DNA of 64,000 nucleotides from assembly GCA_030141605.1 (NCBI GenBank), contig JAQGDQ010000350.1, positions 166,098 through 230,097 on the forward strand, read 5' to 3'. Positions 49,155-63,486 of the stretch are shown piece after piece. Position 1 is the first letter of the stretch, and every line of letters starts with the position of its first letter. The position numbers and the translations under genes were made by a program. Source of the stretch: Tubiluchus corallicola (Eukaryota; Animalia; Priapulida). The notes beneath the pieces were generated by a model. That model searched no databases and was not told the origin of the DNA. It worked only from the letters and a program-made list of their open reading frames with translations.

Positions 49155-49796
49155 TGATTAGTGAATAGTAGTAGTGACAGACTTTGAACTCTCGTTTGTT
49201 GATTCAGTACGTCATGGATATGATGATGCAGTTGGTTTCCTGATTGGTTCAGGGCCCGTTCCAATTATGGTTACTAGTTGCGGTTATGATGGTTATGGTT
49301 ATGTCAGTCACAGGTTATGGCAATGGTTACACTGCTATGCAGCTGATGGATGGAGTTCATGCCACACTACGTTTGCTATATGGAGTCTAAGACAATATTA
49401 GCTATTATAAATTGTCCTGTCTTCATTTGTAAATATTGTAAAATACTTAGATTGCATAAAAAATCACCCCCAAAAACAATATAAAACACAAAACTAAATA
49501 GATAGTGTTCTTGCATTGTAACCATGTATAATCACAGATAGCCTGTGCTAGTTTATATAATTTTTGATATTTATTTGGATGTGCCTTTAAGGTACTTATT
49601 TTGATTTTTCTCACCCATATATTTTGACACATAACTTACGCATGTATTTGATACAGTATTTGAGATAGATGGTAGGTTTTTGCAGGTTTCTCTGTGATCG
49701 TTATTTAGTTGTCTAGCATTTTACTACCTGATAGGATTGAGCAAGTTGTTTATTACTTGAACTTTGAACTTAAAATTTTTGTTTTCGTTTCCAGAG

Positions 49797-50403
49797 TGTC
49801 ACGGATTCCCGTGATTGAATTCTACTCTACAGCATTGTAAACTAGTTTATTCCGGTTCTATAACCTTTGCAAATTTATCTAGAGTGATTCAATTAGGTTA
49901 ACCTTGAGTTATTCATACGGGCTTCATTCCGAAGCTATAAATTCCTTCGTCACCATTGTACAGGTGAGCATTTGACGGTTGCTTTTCCTACAAGCAGACG
50001 TCAAATGGTCCGCCTAATTCGTTAGGTGAATTTTTTCCCCCTTTCTTTAATAGTTTTTTTTTGGTTATGTGCTGATGTGTATCTATAATTAGGTTTACTG
50101 CTGTTATAAGAAGTAACTATGTAATTGCGACAAATCTTGTGAATTGAATAAACTTTATTTGGGTGGCCACTCCTTTTTAAACCAATGGTTATGCGGTTTT
50201 TGTTAAGAGTTAAAATTTAGTCTAAATTATGTTTCAGTAACAGCAAATCATTCTAATTATCAACTCGTAGACTTAAGCGTTATGCACCTTTCTCTATAAA
50301 AAAAAATACACTAGATTATATACACTTCCACGTAATTGTTTAATTAAGAACCAGGCCGACGTCTCTCCCACAAAACTTTATGAAAAAATGAGCATTTTTC
50401 ACA
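49797..50403 (+). repeat. 3' LTR (607 bp)
   Basis: Direct repeat of 40571-41175. Confidence 0.93.
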
Positions 50404-51349
50404 GATGCCTCTTAGTGTGACAAAATTAACAACAGCATAGTTGTAGGAGTGAAAGAAAAAAAAGGAAAATATTCCTGGCACTAATTCTGTCACAGTTACA
50501 CATCTCATTAGGCCAGTCAATGTTTGCAAAAAAATCACGCAACTGAGGTAGTGAAGCTTTGCGATAGTCTCTCCATGATCTAATATTTTCATACGAATAA
50601 GAAAAATCAACTGAAAATTTGAGGCTAGTATCATGGTCACTAGTTGAAAAACCAGGGTTAGCAATGCAAAAGTTGATTTTTCAAGATAATTGGATAGTAG
50701 AAATTCTAAAAAATTCTTATCATGGGTAGAGAAGTTAACATGCCGGGTCAACAAATTTTGATTAATGAGTTTAATGTTCGATTTGTAGTTCCGCACAGTA
50801 TTGTTAAAGCCGAGCTTTGATCGACCTAGCGATACGACGCAACCCGGCAACTTGCTGGAACTGGCGGCATATCACACACAGCCAGTTCTGAGTTTATCAA
50901 GTCGACATAAGCAAGCTTACGATGCAACTGGAACATTAGTTCCAATGAGTTGCTCATGATATCTACCCAGTTTTACACAATTGCAACAATCTGAGCATTG
51001 CTTGAAACTCGATGCAACTCTGTGGTAGGATTCCACCATTCACCATTTTTTTCTAGTACATCTGACATCACAAGTGCTGAATTTGGTTGGTCACTTATAA
51101 GGGATGAACTTTGGACTGACTTGCTTACTGGAAAATATGGTGGTGTAAGGTGTCTACCTTATAAACTGAAGGTCCTCGGTTCAAATGCAGACTGTATTCC
51201 GACTTTTTCACACTTCCTGTCTTTCAAGTTTTGTATCAAAATTTAATTAATTGTGGGTTTGTACCACCATTTTGTAAAATTAACTTTAATTTACAGATAG
51301 AGTAGATTGTATTGAATCTTTGAAGCTTCACAAGATATTCTGAGTAATC

Positions 51350-54300
51350 ATGCCTAGTGAGACGGATTGCAAGTTGTTCAAAGAGAGAGCTGAACTTGCT
51401 GCAGTTATGATTGAGCATCTCAAAAAAGATATAGAACGTTTGAAAGAAACTGCAGGTAAACTTATCCGTGTGACAAGTTAGCGGAAATTGGCTCTTTATA
51501 ATAGCATTTTATATTGCTGAAAGATTTTAAAAAATGAGATTGAATGTTTCATTTCATTTAAGGAAATGGCTATAACACCTGTACTGGTTTATGTTTTATT
51601 TTTACATAATTATACCAGTTACTCAAGTAATTGATGATTTATTTCAAGTTTAATCTTTGCCATTGTGCTTTTATTCAAAATGTTACTATTTTATGAACAT
51701 ATTTATTTTCCATCACTTTTGATATACAGAACAAAACTGATTAACATACCTTAAGAACTGGCAAATACTTTAATACAAAGTTGAGACATTTATAAGTGAA
51801 TATCTATATTTTTACAGTGATAGTGCATTAAGTACAATGTAATGGTGCAAAATGTTAAATTAATGTTTACTTTACCAGCTTGAAGCTTTTATAAATTCCT
51901 GCGTTATATCAAAAATAGTTTTATTTTGGTCAAGACTGTAATGTAAGTTGTCATGTAATATAGTATGGTTTTTAGTTCATTAATATTTCATTCATTAATG
52001 TTTAATTCATTAATATTAACTGGGACAAAGTTTGAGTTATAGAGGTTAAACAAACTTAATGTTATTTTCAAGTCTCAGTTTAATCTAAGTCCCTAAAGAA
52101 TAATTTATAACTATGAAAGGCCCCGCAAAAAATTTTGTGTATAAATGCACTTATAATCATTAATACGCGAACATCCTACACAGTCCTCATTTATAACGCA
52201 AAGCCAGTAGCAGCTTTTACTGAATTAAAGTTATAGGCAGAGTATAATGGATGACGTCAGAACAATGGCTTTGCGTCAGCAGTTTTCCAAGCGAAAATTG
52301 CGGAAAATAGAACATATAATTAACTCGCCAGTACTCCTCTTGGTGGACGTCTACTAATATATAGCCCACATCATCGTGTAGCCCTGTTCTTCCTCTTTCT
52401 AAAGAGCCATATATCTCCTTCTGAGAGTCCCACCAGAATGTTTTTTCTGCAGGCTGTTTGACCAAATTTTGAAAAAATCGTGTTGGGTCCGGGAAAACGT
52501 CCGTTGCGGGACGCCATGGCCCTCTCGCAAATTCTAAATACGCCTATGACATCCACCGCTGAACGGGCTGTCTATCCATGGCTGGCACCGCCCCCGGCCC
52601 ATTCCTGTTCTTCAGATCTCAGATGTATTTCCAAAAAACGGCCGAAAAATGGCCATAGTAAACAAACACTAGGTAGGATGTTTGCATATTTTTGATTATA
52701 CGTGGATTTTTACGCAAAATTCTTTGCGGGGCCTTTGCTAGTATATACTTAAATATATTAATCCCATACCAGTAGAATTAATAGATACGATCCTGAGGTG
52801 TTTTGATTTCATGGCATTCTCAAGGCATTATTGAACATTGCAAAGTGTACCTTATCGAAGAATTATGTGATAAACAGAAATTTTTAACAATTTCAGCTGC
52901 TGGTAAAGTAGAAGATGAACGAGCAAAGTTGGAAGCTGAGAACAAAGCTTTAAGATTTGCCATTGAGCAAACGAGACAAGCTATACGACGTGCACAATAT
53001 AGAAATGGTGGTAAAGCAAATTTTTCGTAACACTTTGCTGCAAGAACTTTCACAATTCGTCAATTCCTTCAAAAATTTTGCACTGTACTCTAAGCACGTG
53101 CAAGCCTGCGTGCATTAGTGCTAGAAAAAGTCAACACTTTTACTAGAATCCAGTAGCTTTTGACCTGTTGCCAGTTTTTAAAAATTTTGCACTGTACTTT
53201 CAAGTTTGCTAAGCACGCGCAAGCCTGTGTGCATTAGTGCTAGAAAAAGTCAACACTTTTACTAGAATCCAGTAACTTGTGAGGCCTGTTACCAGTTTTT
53301 AAAAATTTTGTGCAGTTAGCTTCTAGCTTTTCACAGAGCTTTTAAGCATGTTATTAAGTATATCACATATCTCTGCCTAACTCTGCTTATGGCATGGCTG
53401 TCTTGTAGATATGTGTATAAAAAAAATTTTGGCAACCAAAAACTGTAAATAAATAGCTTATCTAACATGTCTCTAGTATATAACTCCTAATCAAATAGAA
53501 GTTTATTATCCAGTGCACAGACTGTATCATTTCAGCCATGGGTGAGCCCAAGCGTGAAATGATCCTGATTTTAAAGTGATTTCAAATAAAGCGCTTATCA
53601 AACTTTTATTACTAAATCCTTCTAACATTTTTCGTCAACATTCAGTTAAGCCTGACTTCCCAGAATGGTTGACCTTTCCTTTACGTGTTGCAGCTGACAA
53701 AAACTACAAAAGTTGTGGTAATTCGTGATGTTATAGTAGAAGCTGAATTTCAAGTTTTTTCAGTAACATGCGCTATCAATCTTATACGTAACTGTGCCAT
53801 TAACAAACAGAAGTCAGAAATCGCAACTGATATAAAATGGTGTTAGCCTAGAGAAGTGATTTGGTGGCTATGTTCTGTTCTTTGTTGCAAAATTAAGCAT
53901 CCTGGTTGGTAAATGATAGATGACTAGGATGAGGATTGCTTCTTGGTAGTTTCAGTGCTCCTGATATTTACCCTGTTGAGAAAAAAATGCTTGCATCCAT
54001 CCATCTACATTGAATAAATCCTGTCATTGCTTAATTTGTGCTTGTAGAATGTCAAACCTTATATAAAATATCAATAATGAGAAAACTAAGAGCAACAACT
54101 CTGCTTTTTGACACTAAAATAAATTTTTTCGTAAAAGAAAGATTATTTCAAATGATTTTGTTAACAACTGTTTATACTTGCATTACTTTTTCAGTAATGC
54201 CTGTACCTATCCAGCATCCAACTACCAAAGCATCATTTCCCACAGCTGCCGAGAACCTGCTGTCGAAAGAAAAGGAAGAGCCCCTGCCGTCTGAGATGCA

Positions 54301-57300
54301 GGTGGAGCCACAAAAGGCCAAAAAGAAACAGAAGAAAGGGGAAGACAGAGATGCGGAGAAGAAAGAAAAGCCGAAAAAAGGTAAATTGTTTATTATGGTG
54401 TTTCACTTACGTATGGCGCAGCGCTTTTGTACATGTGACGAATAAATTTCTTACACAGTCATATCTCCAAATCAAAAGATGACTGTGTAATTCATTGTGT
54501 AATTTGCGATGACAATAATATGCGTACTTGCATAGAAAAATTGTCCATAAGTTGGCGATTAAGCTTTTCTAGTTATTCGCTTACCCTGAGTCTCCATTTT
54601 TGGTACTAAGCTCATTGCTCTATGTTATCTCTAAGCTGAGATAATCAACGTTGAAGCTAAGGTGCACGCTATACACTGAAAAACGTAACCTTGAGAAAAT
54701 TGCCGTTAGAGTTTGCCATTGTTTTTTGCTGCATCTCTACAAAACACTTAGCAACTATATGAAACTGTTGCTATGGACTTTACAAGAGCACATTGAAGTA
54801 ATGCCTAAATCCCATAGATTTGTAATTTTGTAATTTGTAATATTTATTTTCACTTCAAAAAAAACATTTTTACAAAATTTATTGAAAAAAACCACTCAAT
54901 TTCTACACAGTACACATAATAAATAATACTTTATGTAGATGGCTTTTCCTGACATTTTGTCAACAGAAAAAACCTGTAGCACAATGACTGCTTCTACGAG
55001 CTATTATTGGAGTTTGAAGTTTTTTACAATTGCAGTGCTAGTTTCTAGCCGAAAAAGTGGGCACAGGGTTATAAAATTCAATTTTTAGCATTTTCTGGAC
55101 ATTTTCTTGATAATTTGATGTTAGAATATAAAAGTCAAATATATTTAGCGTTCGTGTTTATAAAAGCCAAAACATTTTACCAAATTTTTGGTGAATTCTA
55201 CTTTGAAGCGTCATGACGTAGTTTTAATTATGCCGACCTATAGATGGTTTTAGTTTGCAAGCACACATATAGTAGTAGTCGTAGTAAATTTACTGTCAAA
55301 AACTGACCAAGGAAATTTCAGTAACACAGCAACACTACAGTAAATGACATTTTCTGACATTTACAACAACAAAATAACCGCTTCAAGAAATAATGATTGT
55401 AAGCATTTACAATTAGTTAAGCAGATCTAAAATATCTGCTATAAATTTGTCACAAAGTAATGGCTCAATTGAGAAAGCATTAGTGAAATTTAAATTATGC
55501 TTCCGGCGAATATACCTAGTCAATTCAGAAACAGTTATAACGTGCTGTTCCACTTGTATGGAGTTACTGCATGTATGGAGTTATCTTCATATCCTCGTCG
55601 GTCCCAGAGTTTGCTGATCATTATAAATCCCCTTATAAATATATATAATGTCCCCTCTAGGGGACAACGCCGAAAACTGGTTATCAGAAGCGAGTGTTCG
55701 CGTGTACGAAGCTTAAAGCACAATTAAACTTATCTTGGAGGGTTGTACACATAAACTAAACTATCCGTTTACCCATCAAAAGTTGTAAAGAAGCATATTT
55801 TACTTGTTTTCCTCCGCTTACTCGTGGAAGGGACGGGTGACGCCATTTTAGCTGGATACCAGACCAATTTATTGAATGGAGCTTCCTAAATTTTTGTACA
55901 GATGGCAGCAGCTACATGTCCTCTACACGGGCCTTCGGGTCTCCATTCGATTAAAAGCGATTTAAGAGAGTTATGCCAATTAAAACCTCAAGTCCCCTGT
56001 GGGGGACAGCGGGACCGATGAGGATATGGTAATGGTGCTTTAGTCCACATCCCAGTTTCAACTTTAAGTCTATGCAAAGATAAAGCAAAACTTTTCCAGC
56101 ATTTTCATTAGCATGACTTGTGTAAGATACAGTGTACAAAGCTGCTTTTAGAGAAAGTTTTCCTGAGACGTAAATAGATGTTTTTATCGGCTTTACCCTC
56201 TTCTTAAAGTAAGACAGGATGATTTTACGTACACTACCCCATTTTCAAGTACGGTAAAAAAGTATACATTTTAACACCAATAATAGAGCAAAAGCATTTC
56301 TGATAATTAAATAATGGATTAAAAACTTAATTAACGGTGGGTGAGTCCAACGATTGATGACATCACAAATTAACATAATTTTTAACTGCAAAGCATTCCA
56401 CGAGCGTATTGCACGTGTTTGCAAACGAAAATTGAAGTACAATGCTACCGTAAGATATTCAGGGTGTTGTACTAAAACTCAGCAAGTTTTAAGATAAAAA
56501 TTCATATTTCAAATTTACCGCTGTGCTCACACATGAGCTGTCGAACGTGTATAGTTCGTCACAAACTAACACATGGGAACTGAGAGGTACAGCACCCCCT
56601 TCACACAGTCTAGATCATGTTGCAACAAGTAAGATTTATTAGGTTACCAAATATCAATAATAAGAGTTAATAGCAACAAGTTTATCCTGCGTTGAACAGA
56701 CGTGTTAGAGCCATTTGTGCTAGTACTAAAACTTATCTAGTGCTTTGGTATATCGCTAACAGGAAACAAACCGAAAGTCATCTTGGTTAGACTAACGTTG
56801 TTCTTAGGTTTTAATGGGGACCCCCCTTGTCAGTGCGGAACAAGAGACAGAAACCAGATAAAGATGGAATTCACACCTACTGCAATTTATTTATACAAGA
56901 ACCGGGAATAAACTTTTACAATGAATATAAAACTGCGATCGACTTTGGCAGAAACTAACACATCTGAACTGAGAGGTACAGCGCCTGTTTTTTGTGCAAC
57001 GCTTTGCGAAATGCAGGCAGTAGTGCCCGTCTAACTAGTGAATGGCAAAATGCATGTAACAGTGAAGAACTAGTGGCGCGAACGTGAAATTGTTTTGTGT
57101 GGTAATAATTCTTTCACGTAAGACATTCTTCAAAAAATAGTATGTTTCCTTTCAATATTTTAAAGAGTAGATTGTTTTGATTTACAGTTTAAGATTGAAT
57201 CTGGTTTTGCTTTAAGCATTTTTTCACACAAGTCTGGAGGATGTTCTCTATTTCTCGATGAAGAACTCTCTATTTTTTTTAATTTCTCGATCAACAAAAT

Positions 57301-60300
57301 TACATCTCCATTTTTATTTTAGAATCAAAGAAAGCTCCAGAGAGCGAGGGTCCGATAGACGTTTCACGTTTGGATTTTCGAGTCGGACTCATGGTCTGCG
57401 CTAAACCGCATCCCGATGCTGATTCGCTATATATCGAAGAAGTTGATTTAGGAGGGGAAAAGCTAAGGACGGTGGTCAGTGGATTGGTCAAGCACGTGCC
57501 TGTCGAGGAGGTCAGTGACTCAACTTTTGGTTTTTATTTGTCAGATTTAATTAACACTACAGTGGAATTCTTTAAATTTGATGATGCCTTTTTACCTAGA
57601 AATTAATGCTGAATGTTATACATTCTACATAACCACATTTTTTTAACAGCCGAAAATGTTGGTGAGTTATGCCATCATTTCGTTGCATCAGCTTGTGAAT
57701 TCATGTCAGCATATCTGTGGTGTTTATTTTGTATGGCAGTCCTGTTGTGGCTTTTGTACTCTGCTGAATAGATTGTTAGCAGCATCACAAACAAAGTAGC
57801 CTTTTTAACTCATTACTTTTGTTACTTGCAGCTTTTGCTGATACCTAATTAAGATTTGGAAACAGTAAGCAAAAAAGTTTACACATCTCTGCATAATACA
57901 AAAATTCGTAATCAGGACGGGTAGACCAGACGTTTAGGCACTTTTCATCTTAATTTTTACTTGGGCGAGTGGAATTAGGAAAATGTGCGTTAAAGTTTTT
58001 AACGTCGGATGTTTTTACACTATACCTTGGAATCCAGCGCTGAACGAGAGAGCTTGTTCATTGTCTGTGGTGTAATTGGAGCCCGGCTCCGTCTTGGATT
58101 CCAAAGTAGCTCTGGTACTTTGGTACCAGATATCCTATCAACTCCTACGGCTAGCAAATACTAAAAAAGACCTTTAGTTTTATAAACCTTCGTTTTCTTT
58201 TTTGTGCATCTTAGTAACTATTATTACATCATGCATTCTGTGACATACATTTTTATTAAACGATGTAAGTCTATCGTGTCATGTACGATAGAAATTAGAC
58301 CAGTGGCGGCTCGTGTATAGGTCCTGTCGAACTGCAACACCCCCCATTTTCACCCAATATTATCGATAATATTCAATATAATAAGGCTTTTTTTAGTTCT
58401 CTTTATACTTGTATGGAACCAGAGCATGTGAGGGTAGTACTGTTTGCTTCACAGCCCAGCACAGTGGTGTGTTCGGCTGTTGTATGCATGCGGCCATGCA
58501 CACATGTCTCAGATAACACACTGTGCGCTCCACTGCTAGCATTTGCTGCTAGGTAGAGAAAGTACTGTTGCTCACACAGTTTGTTGTCAGTTGTCACGTG
58601 CTTACAAACCGTGTACCAGCATATTCTTGAACTGCGGCAATTTAGACTATTCGTAAGCAAAAAATTTGGGATTTTATTAAGTTAATGTTTAAATTTTTGT
58701 ACGTGTGTTTGTTCAAATTACAATTACAAATTACAACATTAAAATTACATGTGTTTATATCGTTTTACACAGTTTCAAAACGGCTAAAAAATTTTGAAGC
58801 AGCACCCCTACTAATTTTAACCATGACCCGCCACTGAATTAGATATTCCGTTTAATCGTTTATGTCCTTAGTAATTCTGACACATTGGGCATGTGCATCA
58901 GGCATAGTGACGACAGTCTAGACCAATATCGCAAATAAAGTTATAAAACTTGAAAAAAAAGTAAAGCGACTTCAAGACAGTAGGAAAAGGCAAGTACTGC
59001 TGATCTCAAACGTGAAATATTCTGACCTAAAGCAATTTGATTAACATATGAACATAGTATGAACATAGCAGTAACAGTATGAACATAGCAGTAACAGTAT
59101 GAACATAGTAGTAACAGTATGAACATAGTAGTAACAGTATAAACATAAAATTTGCAGAAGATTCATTTACCTGTTTAGCTAGCTTGGAAATTTCTGCCAA
59201 TTCGTCAAAAACCAAACACTGGCCGATGTAATTCTATTCGAATGATTTTTTTGTTCAGCTGTGCTACATGCCCTTCAGCAAATGTTACACATCTTATTAT
59301 GCAGCCTTCGAATATGTTAATTGCTATAGTTAAGATGCAACTTAGTAATTTATGTAGTTAATCAGTTTTTCCTACTTTAATAACAACTGAGGGTATTCCA
59401 TGCTAAATTATTTTTGTACTTACATGCCCTTCAGAAAATGTTACACATCTTTTTATGAAGACCTCGAATACGCTAATTGCTATAGTTAAGATGCAACTTA
59501 ATAATGTATGTAGTGAATCAATTTTTTCAACTCGAATAACAACTGAGGGTATTCCATGCTAAATTATTTTTGTACTTACATGCGACAGCAAATATAGCAA
59601 TTACAAGTTTCATCGTTGTGCCTGATTAACTTGCTGACCATTGAGAAATTTCACTTTTTACACAATATTCGTTAATTTTGTTACAATGAGTTTTGCAGCT
59701 AAAAACAGCCAATGGATCTATTAAGAGGGGTTCTTAAGCTTTGTAATCATCATATTTTTGTGTCAGGATCATTTTTGGATTTTGTGTGTTTTCAGTAAAT
59801 TTATTAAGTGTTTTATGCTGTTTTGTACAGTAAATGAAGCGTTTTTCATGGGGTACCGGCAGATTTTTCTCAAGAGTTAAATTATTTGCCCAGTTAAACA
59901 AAAATAGCCAAAATCTTCAAATAGCTAATGAAGTATCCAACCGGAATATGTTATTTATGCAAATGCTGGGCATAAACTTATTGTGCGCTAATGATATTTG
60001 TAAAAAAATTGTGTAAAATTTCACACAGCAGCAAGTCATAGCTTAGCTGGAACAATAGGTTGCCATGGTGTTTGTAACACGCAGCTGCTATGTTCATTGT
60101 CCTGCTGTTGCTTCTAGCATCACACTGCCAGAATGGGCATTGCTAAAGTTAGTGGTGCTGTGGTGACTGAGCAATTTTTGTCTGCCATCTATGGGCGAGT
60201 TAAAGAAACAATGCAAAGTGTGTAATTGCACTAGTTCCAGTCATATGTATCTAGTGCCATTTCATCTGCAGTGAATTAGATTAGTTCACTAAAATCCGTT

Positions 60301-61728
60301 TTAATGTTTCCCAGAACCAAAATATTATTCATTCACTTTTTTCACTCTTCTGCATTTATTATAGATGCAGAATAGGCTCTGTGTTTTTCTCTGCAATCTG
60401 AAGCCAGCCAAAATGCGTGGCGTCTTGTCCGAAGCTATGGTCATGTGCGCTAGCAGCTCAGAGAAAATAGAGATACTCGATCCTCCTCCGGGTAGCAAAA
60501 TTGGTGACCGCATAACATTTGACAATTACGCAGGTAAGTGTCTCTGTGTATAAGCATAATTAAGTCCATATGAAATTAATGATACTTCAGTTAATTATGT
60601 GTCAGAAATCCTCAAGATAAAGGTTAAGGTACTCTAGGTATGATATAATTAAGAAATGAGAAAAATCTGACTAGGGACTTTGCCTCTAGAATTGATTTCT
60701 GCATTAAAATATAGGTTCACTTATTTACAGATCAGTAATCCTTTCCAGCAATTGATGATGATAGTGAAAAGGTCAAAGGTTAAGTGTACCAGACAACACA
60801 TTTGTATACACTTAATAACACTTCGCAGTCCATGCTATTGTAATAGTAACAGTTTTAACAGCTAGCTAGAACCTTACCTAGTTCATTTTTGCTTGTTCCC
60901 AAGCAAGATCCTGCTAGTAAATCACTCTACGCACAGACGAATACACAGTTAAGTAAAGCCCACGTAAAACAACTGAAGTTACTGAACTGACGCGACATGC
61001 AGCTTTGCTTTACCCATGTGTCACGTGACGGTTACCTTGTTACACTTAACCTTTGACCTACAGCAACTGCGCGTGCACACAACAAAACTGTGAAAAGGCT
61101 TATTCAATCAAACACGTGCTTGCATGCCTCTAATATTCAGTTAAGGGCTAGTACTACATAACTTGACTTGAGAAGGTTTGTGTGAAAATGCCTGATACTT
61201 GATAGCATTTCTTGAACCATAACTTTGTGTGCTTAAGAGCCGAAGTTGAGCAACACTAGACCCGTTTAACAAAACTGCCAGGAAAACCTATTTTGAATGG
61301 CTTCATCTCCATCTTTCCTCCGGTGTAATTACCTCACTAGGAGTGAGGATGGTGCCAACTGGAAATGTATGATTTAGCTTGAAAAATATGATTCTGATCA
61401 GCAAAGAAAAGCAGCAGTTCAAATCCTGCTGTGAATTTTTTTTTGTTTTTTTTCAGCCTAACACTTTTATGCAATGCAAGGCAATAGTCATATTAAAGTC
61501 CATTAATTAAAACGATTGAAACGCAAAAGAAACTTTATGAACTTTCTTCATTTTATTTCAGGAACGCCGGATCCTGTTCTCAACCCGAAGCGTAAGATTT
61601 GGGAGCAAGTCGCTCCCGACCTCAGGACTTCTGACGATCGTGTCGCCACCTATAAAGGTGTTCCAATGAACAACCCCGGTAAAGGTTACGTAATGGCGCC
61701 AACGCTCGCTAATGTTAACATAAAATAA
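51350..61728 (+). CDS. AIMP1: Aminoacyl-tRNA synthetase complex-interacting multifunctional protein 1 (p43/pro-EMAP II), ~309 aa, 6 coding exons
   Basis: Exons 51350-51455, 52897-53010, 54195-54380, 57323-57510, 60365-60533 and 61562-61728, all GT-AG and in phase. N-terminal coiled coil ([14 protein letters not shown]...[11 protein letters not shown]...RNG), Lys/Glu linker, and EMAP II tRNA-binding domain ([10 protein letters not shown]...[14 protein letters not shown]...RTVVSGLV...[20 protein letters not shown]...[15 protein letters not shown]). AATAAA near 61873. Confidence 0.93.
52110..52742. mobile_element. MITE with ~65-bp imperfect TIRs in AIMP1 intron 1
   Basis: aaaggccccgcaaaaaattttgtgta...aacatcctac versus gtaggatgtt...tacgcaaaattctttgcggggccttt. 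Superfamily unclear. Confidence 0.75.
53070..53310. repeat. Local ~110-120-bp tandem duplication
   Basis: aaaaattttgcactgtac...gcattagtgctagaaaaagtcaacacttttactagaatccagta occurs twice. Confidence 0.85.
54540..55228. mobile_element. Fragment of the same DNA-transposon family found at 11800-12650 and 16050-16560
   Basis: Shared ctcattgctctatgttat.tctaagctgagataat...acactgaaaaac.taa..ttgagaaaat. Its TTAA-ended terminus is inverted relative to 12075-12290. Confidence 0.7.
58301..58836. mobile_element. hAT-type MITE (copy 1)
   Basis: TIR cagtggcggctcgt / tgacccgccactg; 8-bp TSD aattagac / aattagat. Confidence 0.85.
59046..59146. repeat. 20-bp minisatellite (~4-5 copies)
   Basis: Unit tatgaacatag(c/t)agtaacag. 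Confidence 0.85.
59265..59583. repeat. ~155-bp tandem duplication
   Basis: tacatgcccttcag.aaatgttacacatctt...gagggtattccatgctaaattatttttgtacttacatg occurs twice. Confidence 0.85.
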
Positions 61729-62170
61729 CGTACATTTGTTTAGGTTATTATTGATTTTCATTTTCAATCTGATTTGGACTATTGTGCAGTCACACAGACA
61801 TATCTACATCAGTGCTATGACACAAAGTTATAACTGTTTCCTTGGCTTTTGTATTTGAAAAAGACAAACGAAAATAAAACAATGACAACACTTTAGTGGC
61901 ATTGCAAATAACAATGTTAGTTTTTATTTTATCAATACATTGTATTTTGCCCGCATATACGTAGCAATATTTACGAAATCACAACATCAGCAACGAAACA
62001 TCATTAAGTCTCTCATTTAAAATCAAATTAACGTCAGATCAACAATTTCCTGTTTCATTTGCACGATTGTCAAAATTTTTCTGCTTCTTAGTGACTAGAA
62101 TTACAGTATTAGATATGATTATATTAGACTGAGTGCAGTCAATCCGACCTGTAATTTTAAGGTTTTGTAG

Positions 62171-62651
62171 CAGTGGTGGCTCGTGTATAGGTACTGTGGA
62201 ACTGCAGCACCCCCTATATTCACTCAGTATTATTAATAATATTAACTATAACAAGTCTTTTTTCTTTAGTTCTTTCTTTATACTTGTGATGGTAGTACTG
62301 TTTGCTTCACATCCCAGCACAGTGCGCTCACAGCTCCAACAACGTGGCAACTAACATTAGACGCTGCACTTTAAGTAGAAAGAATACTGTTGTTCCTGCA
62401 GTGCGTGTTGTCCATTGTCACATGTTTAAAAGCAGTGTATCGGTAGATCCTTAAACCGCATCAATTTAGGCTAATCGTAAGAAAACTATTTTTGTTTAGG
62501 ATTTAACAAGTTTATGTATGTTTGTTTGTTTAAGATTACAATCACAACATTAAAATTACATACGTTTGTTTCATTTTACACAGTATTAAAACAATGGCTA
62601 AATATTTTCAGAAGCAGCACCCCTGGTAATTTTAACTACGAGCCGCCACTG
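62171..62651. mobile_element. hAT-type MITE (copy 2, same family as 58301-58836)
   Basis: TIR cagtggtggctcgt / acgagccgccactg; perfect 8-bp TSD ttttgtag. Confidence 0.88.
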
Positions 62652-62690
62652 TTTTGTAGTAAGCTCATTGCCTGTCAACACGTGACAGCT

Positions 62691-63486
62691 TATATCGGGT
62701 GATGCAGAAAAAATGTGCCGAAGTTTCCGAAGTTTAGAATGCGATAATATTACAACCAAGTGCCCTACCAAGTTAAAATTTCACAGCATGAATGTATATT
62801 ATAATATGTTAACTTTACATTGAGAAAATTACAGATCTATTGTTTTAGTGGTTTTTAAGTTACGGCTAAAAAACTTGCATTTAAAAAATTAAATGGTGGA
62901 AAAATGTCAGCTATGGTCATCAAGTGAAAAAGCAATCACATCTAAATACATAAAGCGCTCAATACGTGGTAGCAAAGCAATAAAGAATTAAACTGGGTTA
63001 TATCATTGCATCCACTACAGAATATTTGAGCACTGATAAAGATTCATTGCCAAGAAAAATGGGACTTAATTCTCTGGATTAGGTATCTATGTGCACATTG
63101 GCCACACAGAGTTGTTCGATGCAAAGGGACTAGGAGGCAAAAATTTCTTAAGTGCTGGGACTAAAATTACCCTTAGAAAAGTGAGAGACAGTTTCAGCTG
63201 TTAGAAGAAATGCCTTTGTCTAGTTTGCACTGATAATGGTGGAGACATAGGGCACTTGCTGCAAATTTTAACAATAGTGACACAGTTATTTTTAGCGTTT
63301 ATTTTTTGACTTGGTATAAAACTTCTGAATTTTAGAATCAAAACTAGCGTTAATGCCTGTAACATCAATCAAAATTATTCCCTTATTTAGTTATCGTTGT
63401 CTGACAATTTTTTCAATCGATTCCGTTATTTTCTTTTTATAATATCGTGATCAAAACTTCAGCACATTTTTTCACCGCCTGATATA
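62691..63486. mobile_element. Probable Tc1/mariner-type MITE
   Basis: tatatcgggtgatgcagaaaaaatgtgccgaagttt is inverted against aaacttcagcacattttttcaccgcctgatata, with TA flanks. Confidence 0.6.

Larger units (their letters stand above)
40571..50403 (+). mobile_element. Full-length Bel/Pao LTR retrotransposon
   Basis: LTRs at 40571-41175 and 49797-50403 (TGT...ACA, only about ten differences by eye). PBS-like TGGTGCCTCACACCGG at 41176. Single gag-pol ORF. No matching TSD. Confidence 0.95.

Noticed and set aside
49174-49401. Possible env or accessory ORF after gag-pol
   Set aside because: Only 75 aa, non-ATG start, low-complexity ggttat repeats and no envelope features.
50344-50850. 168-aa minus-strand ORF
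   Set aside because: Non-ATG start, runs into the LTR, and has no recognisable motifs or supporting splice structure.
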